Shown here one piece after another: positions 36,963-49,257 of a stretch of 64,000 nt of DNA. Origin of the DNA: Chiloscyllium plagiosum (lineage: Eukaryota); contig NC_057711.1 of assembly GCF_004010195.1 (NCBI RefSeq), forward strand, positions 76,401,817 through 76,465,816. The letters are read 5' to 3'. The number at the start of each line of letters is the position of its first letter. Position 1 is the first letter of the stretch. A program made the translations under genes and the position numbers. The notes beneath the pieces were generated by a model. It did no database searches. It had not been told where the DNA came from and saw only the letters and a program-made list of their open reading frames with translations.

Positions 36963-37078
36963 CAACGGAAGAATCGTGGGCCGAGGGAAGTTTCTGCGTC
37001 CTCGTGAAAAAGAACAGTCTTTGCCAACGAAAAGTGCTTCAACAACTGTGTTGCAGAACATGTTCACTTAAAGGTTGA
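36963..37078 (+). CDS. PCSK5: PC5A-type terminal coding exon (PLAC-like C-terminus) with stop codon
   Basis: Acceptor GGAAAG. Encodes (A)TEESWAEGSFCVLVKKNSLCQRKVLQQLCCRTCSLKG*, matching the soluble PC5A-specific C-terminus. TGA at 37076-37078. Confidence 0.95.
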
Positions 37079-37382
37079 ACAGATGACCACAGGGTTTCCC
37101 CCTCCTTTGCTCCTGTATGCACACATGTAAATTCTTTTAATATTAAAAAATAGAAAGCCACCCTTTCTCCTCCTTCAAGCAGGTGGTGAACTGTGTGACA
37201 GAACTTTTATTGGTGAAGCAATTACAACAGACCTACCTTTCACTTCAGGTGTTTACTGTCTGACATCTGGAATAACTAACTTGTCAGTATTTTACTTTTA
37301 TGACCAAAGTGTGTAATGCCAAACTTTGTATTTGAAAATGAGATATGATTTTCTCTCCATCTCCCACTATCAGACCTCTTCT

Positions 37383-37414
37383 CCCCCCCCCCCCCCCACA
37401 CACACACACACACA
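37383..37414. repeat. Poly-C plus (CA)n microsatellite in the probable 3' UTR
   Basis: C-run followed by a CA run. Confidence 0.9.
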
Positions 37415-40067
37415 ATCCCGATACCCCCAAGTTGAGGATTTACTTTTCGGAAAGATTTTCTTTCCTGGTTATTTTTGTACAATATTGAAAAGTTTACATG
37501 ATTCCAACATTGGAAGGTTAGTAAATTAATTGGTGTTTACATTTAAAAATGAATACTTGGAGAAATTCAAACCCCGACAAATACCAATATTGGGTGATTC
37601 CAGTTTAGTATGGACAGGTATGTAGGCGAGAAATTATATGCATCTTTCTAGCTGGGAAAAAACAAACTGCTAATCTGCATGTTCATATTAAACCTCTTCT
37701 GCAATTGTAACTTACAAAGTTCAGTCTATTTAAACTTTTAATCAATATTAACTAACCACCTGACGCTTTCAATATATTGGCCCTGGCTTGTATGATGCCG
37801 ATGATCATGCTGTTGTCAGTGATGGAAAATGCTGAGATTCATATCAATGTTCATGGTAATGATTGTCGCAGAATGTTTTCAAAAGCAGAACAGACGGCAG
37901 TTCATGAAGCAATCTCCCCTTTTGCTCTGCAAATGAGTTGGCACTCAATAATCATGTCATTAAAGCAAAACCTTGTAATGTCTTTCTGGCTTGCAAGTAC
38001 TTACAAATTAATCTGCATTCCACTAATATTCTTTGTTCCTTTAAAGCTTGATTTACTTCTCTCTTCTCTAAACATATTTGTGTTTGCTCTGCTCTGGTGT
38101 GTTCAGCATTTTAAGTACTGGAAGTTTCTACTTTTCTGGAATTTTAGATCTTACCATTTCAATAATTTAGGATTACTTCCATTTTTGATTACCAAAGTCA
38201 GCAGTAACATGAAAGTACGTGCTCAAAATGTGATTTGAGCACAGATTTGGGTGAAAAGAAATTCTGACCTAGTTTTATATAAACCAAAATTTGTTCAAAT
38301 TGAACTGCGATAAGCTGATTCAGGTAATCTTAAGTCTAACCCTATCTTTCTGTGCAGTTAAACACCTGCACAGATTGGTATTTTACTGCCAGAAAGATTG
38401 CACATTTCAAATTCTTTATGATCTTCCGTTGTCATGCCACTCACACCTATCTAGATCTCTGGGCTTTAGACTCTGTTAATATGGTCAGTAAAGTGGACTG
38501 ATGAGCATGGTGAACAGGTTGTCAGACATGTCGGCTAAGATGGAAAAAAAAATTCAAGTTCTCAGGTGCATTGCGCATATGGCGTGGCTCGTTAGCTTTG
38601 GGCTGAAATAAATTAAATAGCATGTTTGTGTGCATTTACAAGAAAACCTATCACTTCAGATTTTGACTGTAGAAATAGGCCAGCTAAATTTAATGTGCAA
38701 CACAGTATGTTGCACTAATGGTGCTTGGAACATATGGTGACCTGTGTAAGTGTGACTGCAGCTCATCTTCAGGGGAATTTGCTTCCTTTTTAAGGTACAG
38801 GGAAAGAAAGCCCAGTAATGAGAGCTTGGGCTTCTAAACAAATACGATCTCATTGGCTGGTGAAGCATAAGGTTCTACCTCGCAGCGCACTCTCTTCTAC
38901 CATATTCAAATTCAACTTAAATCTTTGAATGACAGCATCATAGGTGTTGGAAAAGCTCCTTTTATCTTAAGGGAGTTGTGTTATCAGAAATTTGTGGTGT
39001 ACAGGACAAACTCTAGCTAAGACAATGGAACAAATTGCCGTTTTGTATGCTGTGGGCATGGAGACCTCTTTGTTCAAGGGCAGTGAGTGCTTGCCTTTAT
39101 TGATATTTGCTGTTTTTGTTGATTTTCAAATGTTTTTGAAAGGATTGGTTTATGGCAAGACTAGAAGAGGAAATTCACAATGAATTCGGAAAGCAACCCC
39201 ACTTTTTTTTTCTTTTCCTTGTTCTCCCTACTACAGCCCTCCCATAATGGTGCTGATTTTTAATTTGACTAATGATGGTGTAGTTTTCCTAATTCATTGC
39301 ACTAAATGTTTTCTAATTTCTTACACTTATGTCTGCAGTGATTTTGAAATTGTGCTTGCCCTAATCCAATTTATTATTACACACTCATCACATGTACCGT
39401 ACCCAACAAAAATCTGAGCTCTCAAGATCCTTTTTTTAACCCCCTTGCCACTTCCAGTGTGCGGATTGTATGATGAAACCCATTTAATTGGACCAAGGCT
39501 TTGACAGTGCATGATAGAATGCTGCTTCCCCCGATCCTTCACAACAAATGTGGAGCAAGCATATTCCCACATTGCACTGAGCTATTGGTTATCATTGTTG
39601 GATTAAAGGGACCCTCCCTTTTTGCTTATCATTCTTCGAAGTTGATATTTAATGAGAAAGAAATGGAAATTTCCTCCAATTGATCCTTTTATTATATGTG
39701 CATTAGCTCCACTATTTAAATACTGCCTTGGTCTCATGGTTTTTAATTAAATTTTAACTTGGTCTGATTTGCTTAAACTTAAGTAAAATGTGTATTCACT
39801 ATAATGGAAATGGATTGTAAAGATTTTGTCAAATGCTAGCAAAAACAAAACACTATTATGATAAAACAGGCTATAATCTAGTTTACATTTAGCATAGTGT
39901 CATTGAATTCAAGATCACGTTTACTGATGGTTACTGTACATGTGTAAAATGCTCAGTCATTATGTGTAAAATATTGTAGTCCTGTTGTATTGGATAATGC
40001 CAAAATCAGTAATTCCATATTTTATTTTTGCTATTAAATTAACCTTTAATTTCATATTTCAGTCTTG

Positions 40068-40073
40068 AATAAA
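40068..40073 (+). promoter_or_regulatory. Candidate polyadenylation signal AATAAA
   Basis: Canonical hexamer in U-rich context near the end of the repeat-free stretch. An alternative hexamer lies at 40189-40194. Confidence 0.45.
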
Positions 40074-40409
40074 TCTTGTTAAAAGTCTTGTTTAGAATAT
40101 CACTGTGTGCAAAAGAGCTTTCTATGTTTTAAAAATATGTAGTTTGATAGTTTTAACTGTAAAATTAAAGCGGCATTAAAATCAGTTCAATAAAGTTTAA
40201 AAAGTGTTTTATATACAAATATTGTATTTGTGCTATTATTTGGTGAGGAAGCAAAATATATGGAATCATTATTATTAGACAGTAGACAATAATTTCCCTA
40301 CATTTAAGTGGTTTCTCAGAAGCTACTGGAGAAATGTAATTCAGAAACTGACTGTGCACCAGTTAGGAATATCAATCAACGGATAGGAAAGCTGAGTGAA
40401 CAGACAAAT

Positions 40410-40620
40410 AAAACTGAAAGACAAGCAAAAATTGCAGGGCGATCTCAATGGGTCTGGCAGCATTGTGCAGAGAAAGCAGAGTTGATGCCTTCAGAAGGAC
40501 CACCGGAGTTGGAATGTTAGCTATGCTTTCTCTTCACAGATGCAGCTAAATCTGTTGAGTTCCTCCAACAATCGGTTTTAGTTTCAGATTACCAACATCT
40601 GCAATTCTTTGTTTTGTTTT
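40410..40620. mobile_element. Old fold-back element, same family as 7800-7990
   Basis: GGTCTGGCAGCATTGTGCAGAGAAAGCAGAGTTGAT pairs imperfectly with GTTAGCTATGCTTTCTCTTCACAGATGCAGC. Confidence 0.65.
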
Positions 40621-41203
40621 ATGTGAATAATACTCACCAGTTTGCTATTCCAATAAATGTCCCACTATGTCTTACAGAAAGAGTCAGACAACTTGATGTC
40701 TGTAACTGTGCCCTGTTATAGAACAGAAAGCTCATCATCTCAAGAGCATTCATTAATTAAGCAAAAGCTGTTAATAGCCTGACATACTGCTTGCCATTAG
40801 ATATAAGCTTGCATTAATGACTGTTTTCTATTTGTGCCTTGAATTTTGTTTTTGAGTTTGTGTTAAAATAGAAAAATTTAACACTTTTTGTGGTGGTAAG
40901 GTTTGGATAGCACTGGCTGGAGGTAAGGTTGGAATACACGAAAGCTTGATGACCAGCCATTTCCTTTCCATGGACACCAAGTCCAGTTGTGCCACTACAT
41001 TGATGCCCAACAATTCAGCGCAGGCGCAGTGTGGACCTTGGGACTACTGTTACAGGACTAGGTTCCACATCTCTCAGTGCATCTGTATACAGATTGTCAG
41101 CTCACCTAACTTAGAGTAAAAATATCATGTTGACCTTGTGTTAAAATTTTCAGTAACACTTCAGAATATATTTCTTTTTTTAACAACCTTCAATGAGGCA
41201 TTG

Positions 41204-41462
41204 CCTGGGTTCGATTCCAGCCTCTGGCGACTGTGCAAGCTCTACACACGCTCTCCGAGTGTGTGCATGGGTTTCCTTCGGGTACTCCGATTTCCTCCCA
41301 CAGTCCAAAGATGTGCAGGTTAGGTGAATTGGCTGTAGATTAGGTGCATTCATCTGAGGTAAATATAACATATGGGGAATTGGTCTGGGTGGTTACTCTT
41401 CGAGGGGTTTGGTGTGGACTTGGTAAGTCAAGGGGCCTGTTTCCACACTGTACGGAATCTAT
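41204..41462 (+). mobile_element. HE1/V-SINE-like SINE (5' part missing)
   Basis: GGGTTCGATTCC B-box, TTTCCTCCCACAGTCCAAAGATGTGCAGGTTAGG core, CCTGTTTCCACACTGTA tail. Confidence 0.9.
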
Positions 41463-42193
41463 AAATAAAAACTGAGCTGAAATAACACTGAACTAGTACA
41501 ATACAGTTGATCTGTTGGAAATTTGTATCTCAAAACTTAATCAACAAATGAAACATCAGTACCTGTTCAACATCTGTGATGCACAAAATAATTTCAAGTA
41601 TTTGAAATGTTAGTGATGTGTTGAAGTCGACTTCAAAAATTCAATATGTGCGGCAGGGACTGGAGGAAGAATTTAAAGAGCTACTAATAGATTTCCTGTG
41701 GCGCTCGTAGCTAATTTGAATAGAATACTGTCATTATAGGACTGACCTAATGTAATTTCTAACCTTGTTTTGCTATTGTGGAGTTATAATTTAAGATCAC
41801 ACAGTGCAATTATTAAAAAAAAAAGCTGTCCCTTTAGTAAATGAATTTACTTGTTGAGACAGTGGTGCAAGGGGTAAAATACTTGTATTCTGACCTGACA
41901 TGTGAAATTTAAAACATATTATCGCCCCCTGCCAAGCCTCCCTTGTGCGTGCTGTATGTGTTACTTCTGCCCCAGTCCTCCTCCACCCTGCCAATCTCTT
42001 CCTGCTTTTTACCAAAAAACTGGAATCTTTCTCAGTCCAGAACCTGCTGACTATTTCCTCACAAATGTTCTGTTAAATCCCAAGCCAGATTTATAGCGAA
42101 CTAATGAACATAGTGGCTGAGGGGATGGGAGAGAGTAGTCTCAGCGCTATTCAACTGTGGGTCTGATTTAAACAGACCACAACAGCCAATACC

Positions 42194-42465
42194 ATGGCTG
42201 TCTTGAAATCACTTTCAATTTGGATGATCAAAGAATTGAAAACAAATTTGAGTGTCAGAGGCCTAGTCTACCAGACTGCCACTTGCAGAACTGGAAATCC
42301 TCAGTGCATAAAGGAGAGAAGGGATCTCCTCTCTCTTGAGAGTGGCAGGAACAGGTCACATATGCAGACTAACCGGGCATGGGTGGAAATAGCTGACATA
42401 ATCAGCAAAAGCAGTGTGTGGCACTCAGTTTGGATCCAGTGCAGAAGGATTTTCTGACCTGATGA
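42194..42465 (+). mobile_element. PIF/Harbinger-type Myb/SANT-like ORF remnant
   Basis: KERRDLL...TNRAWVEIADIISKSSVWHSVWIQCRR, then FSDLM after a 1-nt frameshift. Fits the W..IA...QCRK.F.DL pattern of Harbinger Myb-like proteins. Confidence 0.6.
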
Positions 42466-44779
42466 GCTCTGACAAGTTGAGTGCAATCCCCAGTACAATG
42501 GACATGACTCTGGTACCTGCTGTTCCTGAATGTGTACTCATGGCATTTATGAACTCCCCTGGCTCAGAACTATCTATGTGCCTACAATGGAACATACAAC
42601 TTCTGGGCACAGACATCTGGAAAGGTTTCCTAATATGTTATCACTACTATTGAGGGAACTGTGAATATCACCTGAACTATAGACCATATGGAAGTCAGAT
42701 AGAGTGGCTACAGTGATTAGAGTTTATCGTGATCATTAAGGGGATTTGTTGCACTGCATACTGTCCAATAGCATACTGCAAAGTAATTTGTATTGGGAAG
42801 TCTGACCACTGCAGTAGCTTCTGCTCTCTGATGTTTGTTCACATGATCTAGTGCCTCTTTAATTATGAAGAAATCGATACAGTGGAATCATCTCCCTCCC
42901 CATCACCAGGTCCTAACAGCAGCAACAGTGCTCTGAAAAGCTATAGCTGCATGTTGCAAGCTCATTCTCTGCCAGTACAGATTCAGCCATTGGTGACCAT
43001 TGTATGCAGTAGTTCAGTGTGAAGGGCAAGGTTGGTAGGAATAGAGTACACTCCTTTGACATTGTGGGAAGCCAGAGAAGTAATTGGGCCCCGAGCAGAA
43101 ATATTCTATCCAATTCTTGTAATGAACATACATCCTGTTGACCTTGGCATCTCCATTGGCCAGATCATCGCAGACCATAAAATGGGTATTCCATCATAAG
43201 TAACTCCTCTCCTGATCTCCCACAGTTTTCATTCTTCAAGGCTGAAGCTAGAAGTATGGAGGAGTTCTGTCCAAATTAGTGCAGTTGGATTAACATTTGA
43301 GAGGATCGACGCTATCCAGGATAATGCAACCCATTTGTCTGGCACTTATTCACTGCTTTCACCACTGGCACACTGTGTGCCTGAGATATTTATAACCTGC
43401 AGTATGCACTGCAGCATCCCACCAAAGCCCGTTCAATGCTTCTACAATCTAGGATAATAAGTACAACAAAAATGCGGCCCCTGCAAGTTCCTATCCAAAT
43501 TATGCACAATCCTGACTTGGAAATATATCATTGCCTTGTTGCTGCTCAAAATTCTCCAGTAACCTAACAGTACTGTTGACATATCTTCATCATGTGGACT
43601 GCAGCAGTTCAAGAAGATGGGCAATTAGACAAGAACAATCCCATGAATGATTCCTTGAAAATAATTGTCTCTTATGCTGGTTCAATCTCTCATTTCCACT
43701 AACCTACAGCAAATATTGTCAACATTAAATGACGACAAAAAGACAAACAGTAGGCACTGTTCACCTACTTGCCCAACAGTTTGTCTGTATTTTCTCACTA
43801 CATGCTGTCAAACTTGTCACATTCAATTTGTCCTTCACAAGTTATTGACAACTGCCTTGAGTGAACCGAGACACATTCATAATGAATATTGTGCTGCCTA
43901 GAAGTTTACCCAATACTAACATTGAACCCACTGGTCTGCAATTGCCTGGGTATCTGTTTTATCTTTTGGAACAAACATGTTTTACTGACAGTTCTCCTCC
44001 TTTGTGGTCAGATCCTTTATTTCCTTTCTGACTTGTGTCAATATTTTAGGATGCATATCATTTTTAGAGTTCCAATGATTATTCAGTACCGTCCTTTAAC
44101 TATTGGATTGTTCTGATGCATCCTGGTGCCCTCCTTTTCCCACTTGTGGCACATTTATGACATGATGTAATCATTTTGTATTTCCATAATTCTTTAATTC
44201 GTTAGTTTGCTTTTTCACTTTGAGTTAGTCCTATCTTTCTGTAACAATATTTACCTAATATGTGTATGCAAACTCCTTTATAACATCCTTCTTTATTTGC
44301 CAGTTCTTTTTTCCATATCCTGTTGTATTTTACCAATAAGAAATTTGAGGTCATTGAAGGACAGTATGATACTGAAATTTGCATGACTTATAGCATGGTA
44401 AATTACATCAGTTGATTCACCAAAGAAAGGTCATACCATTCTGACAATGATTTTGTCATAAACAAATCTTATTACTTCCCCAGGATGATCTTGGAACTCA
44501 AGTACAACTCTCCGCTCCGACTAACTATCTCCTTTGCCACTTCCTCAGGAACCGGACATATTTTGTTTTTCCTTCTGTCACTCTTCTGCTAGAAACCAAA
44601 TTTTAGCCCAATTTCTTTTAGCCATTCTTTTTACTTTGGAAAATAAATTTATGATTTCAGGTACAAAGCTGTAAGCTTCTGACTTGCATTTATAAACAAA
44701 TCTCCAGAATATACATTATTATAGAAAGCATATTGTAAGCAGTACACAGTCTGCACAGGGATATAAATATGTCATTGAA

Positions 44780-45570
44780 TGGCAGATGGAGTATTATATG
44801 GGAAACTGAGAGGTTATCCACTTGGCAGGAAGAGTAGAAAAACTATTATTTAAATGAAGAGAGACTATAGACTATTACTGTATAAAGTGACCTGGGTGTC
44901 CATGCACATTACAAAAAAAAAGGCAGCAAGTAATTGAGAGTATATATAAAAGTAGGGATGCCTTTCTAAATATTTTGGTCTCTTCAAGAGATAAACTTGC
45001 ACTGAGGTTCAAAGAAGGTTCACTAGTTGATTCCTGGAATGAAGGAGTTATGCTTTTCTCTGAAGATGAACAGGGTGAGCCTATACCAGAAGGAATTTAG
45101 AAAGACTGAGATATGATTTTATTGAAAGATAGAATTTCAAGGGAGCTTGGCAGATCAGGTAGAGAGGATTTCATTTTGTGGGAGAATCTAAGAAATATGA
45201 GACAAAGATGGAGATTAAGAGCTTTCCTATTTTAAAGGAGATGATTTGAACTGTCCTATTTGAAAGTCTTTATCTTAAAGAGTCATTAATCTTTAGAATG
45301 CTGTACCCCATATGGCAGTGGACGTTGGGTAATGAATATTTTCATAGCTGGGTTAGATTTTTGATCCACAAGGATTTAAGGGTTATAGACCTGAGCTTTT
45401 CCAACAACCTTTGCTGTGTTTCTGGTTTACGGCATCTGCAGTTTGTTCAGTTTTTATTAAGGGTTATAGAAGATGGGCAGAAACTAGACTTGAGGCCACG
45501 TTCAGATCAAGCATGATTAAATTGTGCAGGTCTGTGCGCTAAATAGCTTGCTTTTTCTGCTAATTATTTT
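44780..45570 (+). mobile_element. Decayed CR1 3' region
   Basis: TGGCAGATGGAGTAT, GAGGTTATCCACTTGG and GTTCAAAGAAGGTTCACTAG motifs. Confidence 0.75.
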
Positions 45571-47319
45571 GCTTATACAGTCTTGCTATATGTATCAAAG
45601 CTGATCTCAAGATATTCAGATGTTTTAGGTTTCACAGTTTCTAAATGGAGTTCAGGTTGCACAATTCCAATTAAGTATGTTTTTGGAAATCTGGGTTTCT
45701 GAAAGACGAGTCATTAGTGCTTTCGTAAATGTTTCTGTTATCACAGCTGTTTAAACAAATCCTGTGTAAATAATTGTTTTGAAATTCTAAAAATAAATCA
45801 AATAAATCACAGACATTTATCTTTCTTAAGTCCTGTCTCTCAGCCTGTCTTTCTGAACTGAGAATTAATATCTTTAGCTGACTCTTACTTAAACAAGATA
45901 ACTTTATAAAGCTTTTTGTCTTTTGATCATTTTTGGAGGATGGGGGAAGGGAGAGAAACAAAGTAAAATAGTTATACTACAGACACAGATTGGCATTACA
46001 CCTAAGAAAATATATTTCCTATTAAAAATGACAGTTATGATTGTTTCGCAGTTTTAAAATTGAACAAAAGGGTTTCCAATATCCAAAATATCTGACCACT
46101 TCTCTTTGCATCTATTTCTTGGCTAAGTACACAAGAGAAGGTTGTACACTGAATGTTAAAAGTCTCACATGAAGCTGCTTTTTAAGATATGTGGTCAATC
46201 AAATCAATCCAAATTGTATCTAGAACATGAGATTACATCTTACCTGTCTCATTCATATTGGATGAATGAGTGATGTTTCAACTTGATCATCCAAGAAATT
46301 GCGTTTACATATTGTGGGCTACATAGACAAGTAAAAGAATAAAAATCTCTTAAGCAAGGTAATTTCTGCTTTTGATCTAATTTTGTTTGTTGGCATAAAA
46401 ATGGACAGGATCAGCACCAGCAAAACAAATGGGAATGCCATCAAATCTTGGTCTATCAGGTACTTCAGTGGTCACGAGCTGGGCTTTCCACCAGGAATTG
46501 TGCGCCAACCTGCCTGAGGGTACAGTATCTGTGAACTGCAGCACCACCGTAGAGGCTATAGAAGCTGGCTTCATGGCAATGCAGAAGGCCAGCATTAGGC
46601 ATGGATGTTACCTTTTTGTGGGGGGAGCTGGGGGAGGGATGCTCAGATATGGCAAGGGCATGCCATCAGCAACCAAACTCCCACTGCACCATCTGTGCCC
46701 ACATTCACCCTCAGGTTATCTTTTTTTGAGAGTTGAGGATTTTCATGTAATGTTTGCGTATTCAGTGCTTTACTTGTATAACAACCTTTTATATACCAAT
46801 GGCACAATAATTGATTTCTTCAAAAGTTTTGATAAATGTGATCGCTTTTTCACTATTTTTGTTCTTTGGGGTGATGATTAATCCCCAATTGCCAGTTATT
46901 TATGGGGCACAGTAGGTTTGTGGTGAATAGTATTAATTCAGAGTAGGACTTAAAATTTAACAATGGCAGTTTGAGAATTTGGTTTTTTATTCAGTCATGA
47001 GGTGTGGACCTCCGGGCTGAACCAGCATTTCTGTTCTCTACTTGCCCAGAGGATAGATAAAAGTCAACCACTATGCTGGACATCTGTAAGCCAGACCAGG
47101 CAAGTGTTACAACAACCGGTTGGAACCCCAAAATGCTAAGGGTGCTTTTAGCCTTTCATTCCAAAATCTCTTTTTTTAAAAGAAGCCTGCTACAATTATA
47201 AAACAAAACTGCTATATAACAAATTCTACATTAACATGTAACACCTAAAGGTGTGAAAGAAACATCAAGCAGACTGGACTGTAATCTCTTGAAACTACCA
47301 AGGTAACGAGATGAACACA

Positions 47320-48265
47320 ACATTTATGTGAACATAGGAGGCATGTTTAGTAGCTTGCAGATGACAACAAAATTGGAGGTGTAGTGGACAGTGAAGAAGA
47401 TTACCTAAGAGTACAATGGGATCTTGAGCAGATGGGCCAATAGGCTGAGGAGTAGCAGATAGAGTTTAATTTAGATAAATGTGAGGTGCTGTGTTTTGGA
47501 AAAGCAAATCTTAGCAGAACTTACACTCCACAGGACCTTACCATTAAGTGTATAACAGAACAAAGAGACCTTAGAATGCAGGTTCATAGTTCCTTGAAAG
47601 TACAGTCGCAGGTAGATAGGAAAGTGAACGTGATTTTTGGTATGCTTGCCTTTATTGTTCAGTGCATTGAGTATAAGTGTTAGGACATCATGTTGTGGCT
47701 GTACAGAACATTGGTTAGGCCACTTTTGGAATATTGCATACAATTCTGGTCTCCTTGCTATAAAAAGGATGTTGTGAAACTTGAAAGGGTTCAGAAAAGA
47801 TTTCCAAGGATGTTGCCAGGGATGGAAGGTTTGAACTGTAGGGAGAGGCTGAATAGGCTGGGGCTATTTTGCTTCTGGCGTCAGAGGCTGAGGGGTGACC
47901 TTTATAGAAGTTTATAAAGTCACAAGGGGCATGGATAGGATAAATAGACAAGGTCTTTTTCCCCAGAGTAGGGGAGTCCAAAACTAGAAGGCATAGATTT
48001 AGGGTGAGAGCGGAAAGATATAAAAGGGACCTAAGAGGCATTTTCATGCAGAGGATAGTGCATTTATGGAATGAGCTGCTAGAGGAAGTTATGAAAGCTG
48101 ATACAATTGCAACAGTTAAAAGGCAGCTGGATGGGGAATGAATAAGAAGGGTTGAGGGGGATATGGGCTAAATGGGACTAGATTAATTTAGGATATCTGA
48201 TTTGCATGGATGATTTGGACTAAAAGGTCTGTCTCTGTGCTGCACAGCTCTATGATTCTATGACA
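47320..48265 (+). mobile_element. CR1 LINE 3' part (RT C-terminus to tail)
   Basis: GCAGATGAC (ADD) near 47357; ORF 47690-47917 reads LYRTLVRPLLEYCIQFWSPCYKKDVVKLERVQKRF; tail CTATGATTCTATGA. Confidence 0.93.
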
Positions 48266-48729
48266 TCAGACTCAACAGCAAGCTACCAACCATGGAGTTT
48301 GTACCAAACTGCAGGAGCATTTTGTGTGTTTCCCTTTGAAGAATGCACAAGGAATTTAAAAAGTCTATTGCAACTCTACTGCAGTGTACTAATGGAATTA
48401 AATGCTCTTGTGAGCCAGCTTGGGTTTGAACATTAGCTTACTGTGAAGGTCACATTTGGATAATTATTCCCTAGTAATCCCTGTGTTCCAGGAAATGATA
48501 ATTTTTCGCTCTGAGTGCAATTAAAAATGAAACAGGATGACAGAAGGACTCCCACTCAGCCGGAATACTGTGATTCAATGATGGGCGAAAAACATCAGAC
48601 AGCAGAATCTGAGACTAAAGTTTATGAAACTGACTGTTCAACAATGAATGTCAATGCTAATGGTAACCTCCACAGTAATGTTCAGCTATCTGGTTCCTTG
48701 CAAACCATTCTGAGGCTGGTTTTTACCTT

Positions 48730-49060
48730 TTCGGACTCCCCACTTATTTCTAATCTGTGTGTATGTGTATTGTGTTATTAATTCTTCTCGTGTAGTAATG
48801 AATGAAACTACTGTTCTTGTTAATTCAAGAAAGCCTAACTTGAATTGGCCCCTTTGAAAACAGAATGGGTCTGGGAGATGGGAATCCACTAGGGAATGGA
48901 TTTTTATTTAAATTAACCTTGTTTAATCAAATTGCCTCATGATCAAGACTCTAGCCAAGGAGATGGGTGAATAAAGAAGTGTTCTTTCCTCCTCACTAAA
49001 GAATTTAAGAGTTTGGGGTATTCTTTCTGGAACTGGAACCTCACCTGGGGTCTGGTTATA
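48730..49060 (+). repeat. Dispersed repeat, LTR-like remnant
   Basis: Shares TTCTAATCTGTGTG, ATTCAAGAAAGCCT, TAAATTAACCTTG and CCTCACCTGGG in the same order with 56870-57135. Confidence 0.55.
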
Positions 49061-49065
49061 CCATA

Positions 49066-49257
49066 AGATTTCCTTCCCTAAAGCACATTAATAAACTGAG
49101 TTTTAATGACAATCAACGATGGTTATGTTAGACTAGTTTTTAAGTCCAGATTTTCATTGAATACAATTTTCACCACCTTCAAACCCATGTTCCCGGAACA
49201 TTAGTCTGGGATCCCGGATTACTAATCCAGTGACATTACCATGATGGCACTGCCACC
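49066..49257 (-). mobile_element. tRNA-derived SINE related to the 56049 family
   Basis: GGATTACTAATCCAGTGACATTACCA is the reverse complement of that family's head; GATTTCCTTCCCTAAA matches its core. Confidence 0.7.

Larger units (their letters stand above)
37079..40200 (+). other. Probable 3' UTR of the PC5A-type transcript
   Basis: About 3.1 kb after the stop with no recognisable transposon, AU-rich towards the end. AATAAA at 38607-38612, 40068-40073 and 40189-40194. The end point is inferred. Confidence 0.55.

Noticed and set aside
46429..46881. 150-aa ORF as a gene
   Set aside because: No recognisable domain, and it lies in degenerate repeat-like DNA; probably a chance ORF.
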